DNA from: Oceanispirochaeta sp.
Lineage (GTDB): Bacteria > Spirochaetota > Spirochaetia > DSM-2461
Direction: 5' to 3'
NCBI GenBank assembly: GCA_963666275.2
Contig: CAXXOA010000002.1
Coordinates: 960,001 to 1,024,000 of the forward strand
DNA: 64,000 bases
Shown here one piece after another: positions 57,973-64,000 of the stretch. Made by a program: the position numbers and the translations under genes. The notes under the pieces were generated by a model. That model worked only from the letters and a program-made list of their open reading frames with translations, was not told the origin of the DNA and ran no database searches. Each line of letters opens with the position of its first letter. Within the stretch, counting starts at the first letter, position 1.

Positions 57973-60347
57973 AGCGCCTGACTGAAGAATACTGATTCTT
58001 CTACAGGTAATTCGGGAATATACATCCCCAGGGCTGTCTGAAGTACATCGCTGATATTGGATACGGGAACAACAGTCAGTTCCTGTTTGACTTCTTCCGG
58101 CAGTTCTTCCATATCTTTTTTGTTATCCCAGGGAATAATGACAGTTTTTATCCCCGCTCTGTGAGCGGCAATAACCTTTTCTTTAATTCCTCCTACGGGC
58201 AGAACAGCCCCCCTGAGTGTTACCTCTCCCGTCATGGCAAGGTCCGGTTTAACCGGTTTTCCCAGGATCATGGAAGTGAGGGCGGTCAGAAGGGTGACTC
58301 CCGCAGAGGGGCCGTCTTTGGGGACTGCCCCGGAGGGGACATGAATATGGATATCCTCTTCTTTGAAGGCAAAGGAGGAGGTAAAGGGCGAGAGCTTGGA
58401 TCGGATAAGACTTAATGATATCCGGGCGGACTCCTTCATCACATCTCCCAGCTGACCTGTTATGGTCAGATTGCCGTTTCCAGGCATATGGGTAGATTCA
58501 ACAAAAAGGATCTCTCCTCCCACCGGGGTCCAGGCCATTCCCGTCACAACACCGGGAGGATTTACTTTACCAATGGTTTCATGCCGGACTTTCCTGGTTT
58601 CCAGGTAATCCTCGATATTGTCCCTTCCCATAATAATCGGGAGTTCTCTGACGTTTTCCACAACCTCCTGGGATGCCGCTCTGGCCAGAGCCGCTATCTG
58701 CCTTTTCAGTCCCCTCACGCCGGCTTCCCGGGTATAGTTCTCAACCAGTTCCTCCAGGGCGTCTTCTCCGATTTCAAGCTGACCCTCATTGAGACCGTGG
58801 TCTTTGAGTATCTGAGGAACCAGATGGGTCTGGCCTATGTGAACTTTCTCGGGGTTCGTATAACCCGAAAGGGTTATCACTTCCATCCTGTCCAGGAGAG
58901 GACCGGGAATGGAATCCACAGAGTTTGCCGTGGCGATGAAAAAGACATCCGAAAGATCGTAGGGAACTTCCAGATAGTGATCGGCAAAGGTATCATTCTG
59001 TTCCGGATCCAGAACCTCCAGAAGGGCGCCCGCCGGGTCACCATTGTTGGATACAGTGAGTTTATCCACTTCGTCCAGTACAAAAACAGGATTTGTGGCT
59101 CCGGCTTTTACCATCCCTTTAATAATCCGTCCCGGAAGAGCTCCCACATAGGTTCTTCTGTGTCCCCGTATCTCTGCTTCATCCCGGACTCCGCCCAGGC
59201 TGACTCTTACGTACGGTCTGTCCAGAGCTTCGGCAATGCTTTTGCCCAGACTTGTTTTACCGGTTCCGGGAGGGCCTATGAGCAGGAGGATAGATCCCTT
59301 TTTATCATTCTTCAGTTTCATAACCGCCAGATGCTGAATGATCCTCTTTTTCACTTTTTCAAGACCGTAATGATGCGCATCCAGGGTTTCCCTGGACCGG
59401 GTCAGATCAATGGATCCGGTTTCGACAGGCTCCCAGGGAACCTGAAGCATCAGGTCCAGATAGTTTCTGAGGTTTCGCGTTTCGGGGCTCCCCGGAGGCT
59501 GATCCTCCAGTTTCTCCAGTTCCTTCATGGCTGTTTTTTTGACTTCAACGGGCATGGCGCTCTTTTCGATCTGATCCTTCAGGCTCTCTTCACCTTCTTC
59601 CCCGTTTTCATGAAGTTCCTTCTGTATAACCTTCAACTGCTCCCTCAGGACATTTTCCCTGTAGGAACGGCTGGCTTTTTCAGTCATTTTATTGGCAAGT
59701 TCCGCCTGTATCCGGATGGATTCCTTCTGGCGGATCATATGATCCAGCACAGTCATACCCATCTTTTTCAGTGACGGTTCCTCCAGGAGTTCCTGTTTTT
59801 TGGACCGGGACAGGTTCAGATAGGGAATGATGCTGTAGATAAGGGATAGAGGACTCTGAAGTAGATTCATCTGTTTCACCGCATCTTCGGTTCCCTCGAA
59901 AAAGGAGGCAATCTCTCCCGCCATGTTCTTAACGCTCTCCGCCAGGATCCTGCTGCTGTCTCTGTCCAGGTCATATCTGGTTTCGAGGAATTCCGCCTGC
60001 GTATAGAGGAGATGGAATCTTTTTCTTACATGATGGATCTTGATCCTCTCGACACCTCTTAAATCAAGCTGCAGTTCTCCGTCCTTATCCCGGGCGTTCT
60101 CAATATTCGCCAGAGTACCGATTGTATAGAAGTCGCTGTTTTCCAGATCGGAAAGATCAAAATTCTTTCTGAGGGAAACTGCGGCGACCATATCCGGGGA
60201 TTTCCGTTTATTCAGCATTTTATACTCTTCCAGAGTGATACCGCTGATTCTTACGGAATTCATAGCTCCCGGAAAAAGGATAGCCCCTTTAAGGGGTACA
60301 AGATTCAGTTCTTCCGGAATATGTAAATTTTCAAAATAATCTGTCAT
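57951..60347 (-). CDS. lon: ATP-dependent protease La (Lon), copy 2
   Basis: [32 protein letters not shown]; divergent N-domain. Confidence 0.96.
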   Translation of the reverse strand: MTDYFENLHIPEELNLVPLKGAILFPGAMNSVRISGITLEEYKMLNKRKSPDMVAAVSLRKNFDLSDLENSDFYTIGTLANIENARDKDGELQLDLRGVERIKIHHVRKRFHLLYTQAEFLETRYDLDRDSSRILAESVKNMAGEIASFFEGTEDAVKQMNLLQSPLSLIYSIIPYLNLSRSKKQELLEEPSLKKMGMTVLDHMIRQKESIRIQAELANKMTEKASRSYRENVLREQLKVIQKELHENGEEGEESLKDQIEKSAMPVEVKKTAMKELEKLEDQPPGSPETRNLRNYLDLMLQVPWEPVETGSIDLTRSRETLDAHHYGLEKVKKRIIQHLAVMKLKNDKKGSILLLIGPPGTGKTSLGKSIAEALDRPYVRVSLGGVRDEAEIRGHRRTYVGALPGRIIKGMVKAGATNPVFVLDEVDKLTVSNNGDPAGALLEVLDPEQNDTFADHYLEVPYDLSDVFFIATANSVDSIPGPLLDRMEVITLSGYTNPEKVHIGQTHLVPQILKDHGLNEGQLEIGEDALEELVENYTREAGVRGLKRQIAALARAASQEVVENVRELPIIMGRDNIEDYLETRKVRHETIGKVNPPGVVTGMAWTPVGGEILFVESTHMPGNGNLTITGQLGDVMKESARISLSLIRSKLSPFTSSFAFKEEDIHIHVPSGAVPKDGPSAGVTLLTALTSMILGKPVKPDLAMTGEVTLRGAVLPVGGIKEKVIAAHRAGIKTVIIPWDNKKDMEELPEEVKQELTVVPVSNISDVLQTALGMYIPELPVEESVFFSQALHAKESD

Positions 60348-60532
60348 TAAATAACCTCTCTTATTTCTCCGTCAGAGCAGGATAATGCTTTAACGGAAAA
60401 GGGATTCACTAAAAAGTACATTAATAAATCTAGGCTTTTTCCCGGTACAGGGAGTGGAGATTCTTTGAAGATTCTGTTGTTTTCAAATGTGAGATCCGGG
60501 AAAACCGTGTTGATCAGAGGTATACTGTGTGT

Positions 60533-61711
60533 ATGATACGTAGAAACGCCCTGATCTTCCTCCTTTCTCTCCTTTTTTACATAAACAGCTCCATATTCTC
60601 TCAGCCGGTGGTTTCCATCCTGCATTTTGAAAATATTTCAGGGGACCGAGAGTCAGGATGGATGAGCCGAAGCCTGGCTGACGGTCTAACCGCTCTGCTG
60701 CGCAATGAAGCGCTGATCCTTGTGGAAAGGGAAAACCTGGAAGCTGTTATTGAAGAGCAGAAGTTCAGCCTTTCAGGCCTCACCGATGAGGAGACGACCC
60801 TTGAGATCGGCAGGCTGCTCAATACGACCCAATTAATCGGCGGAGGATTCCTTATCAATAACGGAGTTCTCCGGGTAACGGCGAAAATTACGGATACCAC
60901 CACAGGGGAGATCCTGTTTTCCTCTTCCGTGGAGGAGGGGGCTGGCCGGTATTTTGAAGTGGAAAAAGCTCTGGCCCGGCAACTGGCCGGTTATTACGGA
61001 TTTGTTCCCCATATTGAGGATAGTCATCAGACCGGTTCGCTCACGGCTTTGAACAGCTACTACAGGGGCCTGCTGTATATGGATTCGGATGATTACAGCA
61101 ATGCTGCTGAAGCCTTTCAGAATGCCCTGAAAGAGGACCCTTCTTTCAGGGATCCCGGAGAGGGACTCGAAGAGAGCTACAGGTTTCTGAAGGATTTCCG
61201 GAAAGCCCGGTATCAGAGGGAGATCAATGGTCTCTACCGTCGTCTGGATTCTCTTTTGGATCGGGCCGGGGCCGAACCCTTTGTCAACTATGGGGACTGG
61301 GTCGTTCAGGCTATGTCAGAAGGGAAAAGCAGTGATGAAATTTCAGCCTATACCCAGTCTCATCCGGAGATCACCTGGGGAAACAGCCCTGTCGAGGTAT
61401 ACTGGCATGCCCAGAATGTTATGTCGGATATTGCGGGAAATGCGAAGGAGTACTTTGATGATACAGCCCAGGCCGCAGGGATGTACCGGCGGATGATCGG
61501 GCTTTCCGCTGTGATCCAGGAGGAGGAGCCCGACGACCCTTTTCTTCCGGAAATCGTCTATCAGGAACTCCTGGCCTGGCATTATCTGGAAGAGTGGGCT
61601 CAGGTTTATCGTGTCTGTGAACAGATTATGATGACCTGGCCCGATTATAGAATGATGTGGGCTGTGGAAGATTTTTATGAACAGTCTCTTGAGTTCTACT
61701 CCGGAGACTAG
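60533..61711 (+). CDS. Secreted CsgG/FlgO-like domain plus TPR protein
   Basis: Signal peptide; LVERENLEAVIEEQKFSLSGL...EIGRLL...D-x-x-TGEI; TPR-like YY-x-GL...A-x-x-x-F-x-x-AL-x-x-DP. Confidence 0.8.
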   Translation: MIRRNALIFLLSLLFYINSSIFSQPVVSILHFENISGDRESGWMSRSLADGLTALLRNEALILVERENLEAVIEEQKFSLSGLTDEETTLEIGRLLNTTQLIGGGFLINNGVLRVTAKITDTTTGEILFSSSVEEGAGRYFEVEKALARQLAGYYGFVPHIEDSHQTGSLTALNSYYRGLLYMDSDDYSNAAEAFQNALKEDPSFRDPGEGLEESYRFLKDFRKARYQREINGLYRRLDSLLDRAGAEPFVNYGDWVVQAMSEGKSSDEISAYTQSHPEITWGNSPVEVYWHAQNVMSDIAGNAKEYFDDTAQAAGMYRRMIGLSAVIQEEEPDDPFLPEIVYQELLAWHYLEEWAQVYRVCEQIMMTWPDYRMMWAVEDFYEQSLEFYSGD

Positions 61712-62340
61712 CCGTGCATGGCATCTATTTCGGCCAGTCTCTCTTCGGAAAGGCTTACGGAATCTCCCCGGAGCCGGGCAAAAAGCGTCATCCGGGAAGC
61801 CGCTTCCAGGACTTCCAGTCTGTCGAAAGCCTGGAGCAGGGTTTGTCCCACAGTTAAAACCCCATGATTTTCAAGAAAAACCGCACTGGCTCCCTCTTTG
61901 AGAGAGGACGAGACAACCTCTCCCAGGCTCTGAGTTCCCATTAAGGCATAGGGAGCAAAAACAGGTTCCCCCAGAAGGTACCTGGCTTCGGCGGTCAGTC
62001 CTGTATCCACTCTGTCCTCTCCCGTGGTTGTATAGAAACTGGCATGAACCGGATGAGCATGGACTATGGCATTCACATCGGGCCTTGCCCTCAGTATCCG
62101 CAGATGCATATCTGTTTCTATGCTCGGTCTCAGGCCGACTGAAATGCTTTCCCCCTGAAGGGTCATCAAAGCGATCTGTCTGAAGTTTATCCGCCCCTTA
62201 TCCAGTGCCGCCGGTGTTATGAGAACACGATCCTCTGAGACCCGGAAGCTAATGTTGCCTCCCGAACATGTGGTAAGCCCCTGTCTGTAGAGGCGCCTCA
62301 TGGTGGAAGCCACAGCTTCCCGTTCCTTTTTGTATATCAT
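61708..62340 (-). CDS. Class II aldolase/adducin family protein (FucA-like)
   Basis: GGNIS, ITP, PSIE-x-x-MH, VHAHP, LENHG. Start is ATG 62340 or TTG 62358. Confidence 0.92.
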   Translation of the reverse strand: MIYKKEREAVASTMRRLYRQGLTTCSGGNISFRVSEDRVLITPAALDKGRINFRQIALMTLQGESISVGLRPSIETDMHLRILRARPDVNAIVHAHPVHASFYTTTGEDRVDTGLTAEARYLLGEPVFAPYALMGTQSLGEVVSSSLKEGASAVFLENHGVLTVGQTLLQAFDRLEVLEAASRMTLFARLRGDSVSLSEERLAEIDAMHG

Positions 62341-62409
62341 GGTGTTTATTTTAACCAATAAGAAATATCAGATCTACAGCCCTTCCCGGAAGAGGATAAA
62401 TCTTTTCTC

Positions 62410-62659
62410 CCCCGGTCACAGAGCGGAGCCGAAATTGCTTGTATTGATTAATTCTTCCCGGATTTCCCCGATTCCTGAGCGGAGCCGTAGGAGAGGGATT
62501 AAACTAATACAATACAGATTCCCCGGTCACTGAGCGGAGCCGAATATGTTGTTTTTGCCTAATCCCTTCCGGATTTCCCCGGTTCCTGAGCGGAGCCTAA
62601 GGAGAGGGATTAAATTAATACTATACAGATTCCCCGGTCACTGAGCGGAGCCGAAGTGG
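62410..62659. repeat. Array of five REP-like units (CCCCGGTY-x-CTGAGCGGAGCC) with 55/56-bp spacing
   Basis: Units start at 62410, 62466, 62521, 62577 and 62632; A and B types alternate, giving a 111-bp higher-order period. Confidence 0.9.
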
Positions 62660-64000
62660 AGGGGATTCGCTTTCTTCCCCAGCAGCGCCATTCCCAGATA
62701 GATGACTCCCAGAGCTATTCCCGAATAGAGCATATAGAGCGGATTATGTCCCTCGGCGATCTGATAGAAAAGGGTCGCCGTCGCCCAGGCCAGGATTGTC
62801 AGGTACACCATCTGTACCGCAGTGTAAAGGGGACCCATCTCCTGATAGGCCGCGCTCATGGCCGCCAGACAGGGAAAGTAGAGAAGGACAAAAAGCAGAT
62901 AGGCAAAACCGGCTGCAGGAGAAAAGTATTTCTGCATCCTCATGAGGGTATTATCCTCCAGTTCCAGTTCCCCCGCTATAGTCTGTGAATCCTGCGTCAC
63001 CGAGGATATTCCGATCAGATCTGCTGTGCGGAATAGATCCAGGAATCCAAATGCAATGGATTGGAACGCTCCCAGTACTGTTCCCAGGGGATCAAGGGGT
63101 TCCTGTTTCTCCACGCTTTGTATTTCCGCATGAAAGTCCATGGACGCATAGAGGGAGTTCACAGTACTGACAATGGCTTCCTTGGCGAAGAGACCTGTAA
63201 AAAGGGCTACCGATGCGGGCCAGTTTTCTTCACTGACACCCATGGGTTCAAACACAGGCTGCATCTTTTTACCCACATGGGCCAGGACCGAGTTCCTGGT
63301 ATCCTGGTTTCCAAAGGTAAGGCCGTCCTCGCCGATACCCATGGCGTTCAGAAATCCCAGGATCGTAACGGCAATGGTCATGATAAGACCGGCTTTTTTT
63401 ACAAATGAGGTCAGACGGATTCCTGCCGCCTTCATAATGGATCCCGGACGGGGGGTATGATAGAGGGGAAGGTCCATCACAAAGTTGGAGTGGGTTCCTT
63501 TAAAAATGGTATTCTTCAGAAGAAGTCCTGTCAGGATGGCCATAACAATGCCCACAAGGTAGATGAGGAATACCATCACTCCCGACCATCTGTTGAACAG
63601 GGCTGCACTGAAAAGGGCATAAACAGGGAGTCTGGCTCCGCAGGACATAAAAGGGGTCATAAAGATCGTCATGTATCTGTCCCGCTTGGATGTCATGGTC
63701 CTGGCGGACATTATGGCGGGTACTGTACAGCCGAAGCCCACCATCAGAGGGATAAAGGCATTCCCCGGCAGTCCTATGGATTTCATGACCCTGTCGGTGA
63801 TCACAGCCATCCGGGACATATATCCCACGCCTTCCAAAATCGCCAGGGCCAGGAACATGAAGAACACCACCGGTATGAATGTGGATACCGTCTGCAGCCC
63901 CGCTCCGATCCCTCCGGCCAGAAGGGTAATCAGCCAGTCGGAACTACCCATATGATTCAGTAGAGCTCCCAGGGCATCCACAAAGATCAGACCTGTGATC
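62638..64000 (-). CDS. feoB: Ferrous iron transporter FeoB, C-terminal part (runs off the right edge)
   Basis: GYMSRMA, GFGCTVPAIM, PFMSCGARLPVY, FAKEAIV, LLYFPCLAA. Confidence 0.95.
   Translation of the reverse strand, partial: ITGLIFVDALGALLNHMGSSDWLITLLAGGIGAGLQTVSTFIPVVFFMFLALAILEGVGYMSRMAVITDRVMKSIGLPGNAFIPLMVGFGCTVPAIMSARTMTSKRDRYMTIFMTPFMSCGARLPVYALFSAALFNRWSGVMVFLIYLVGIVMAILTGLLLKNTIFKGTHSNFVMDLPLYHTPRPGSIMKAAGIRLTSFVKKAGLIMTIAVTILGFLNAMGIGEDGLTFGNQDTRNSVLAHVGKKMQPVFEPMGVSEENWPASVALFTGLFAKEAIVSTVNSLYASMDFHAEIQSVEKQEPLDPLGTVLGAFQSIAFGFLDLFRTADLIGISSVTQDSQTIAGELELEDNTLMRMQKYFSPAAGFAYLLFVLLYFPCLAAMSAAYQEMGPLYTAVQMVYLTILAWATATLFYQIAEGHNPLYMLYSGIALGVIYLGMALLGKKANPLHFGSAQ

Noticed and set aside
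60347..60625. 92-aa minus-strand ORF upstream of the second lon
   Set aside because: Overlaps the start of the plus-strand secreted protein and the probable divergent promoter region; no motif.
62410..62659. CRISPR array (24-bp repeats with 31-32-bp gaps)
   Set aside because: The spacers are not unique (1 resembles 3, 2 resembles 4), two repeat types alternate, a solo copy lies at 29853, and no cas genes are present.

Overview
A 64-kb chromosomal window from a bacterium whose gene content suggests a free-living anaerobic spirochaete (inference). The housekeeping content is: an RND efflux operon, nrnA, tig-clpP-clpX-lon behind a five-tRNA cluster, a RarA fusion, a sufT-C-B-D-S-U locus split by a two-component pair, two Cache-domain chemoreceptors around hpt, an NCS2 permease, leuCD, a DUF134/NifX/Mrp/ferredoxin-ATPase cluster, a second lon and a partial feoB. 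Mobile DNA comprises the end of an IS1182-like element, a RAYT-type Y1 transposase and a REP-like repeat array. Two accessory loci stand out. (1) 38.7-44.1 kb: an ECF sigma factor, a membrane anti-sigma, a secreted caspase with beta-helix-like repeats and a beta-barrel-like end, and three beta-barrel proteins. A T-R-x-[KR]-G motif occurs twice in the caspase and once in the anti-sigma, which suggests proteolytic trans-envelope signalling. (2) 31.1-37.3 kb: three lipoproteins with a shared N-terminus and variable C-termini, the last coupled to tandem GT-B glycosyltransferase-like genes. All calls come from reading motifs by eye; no searches were run.
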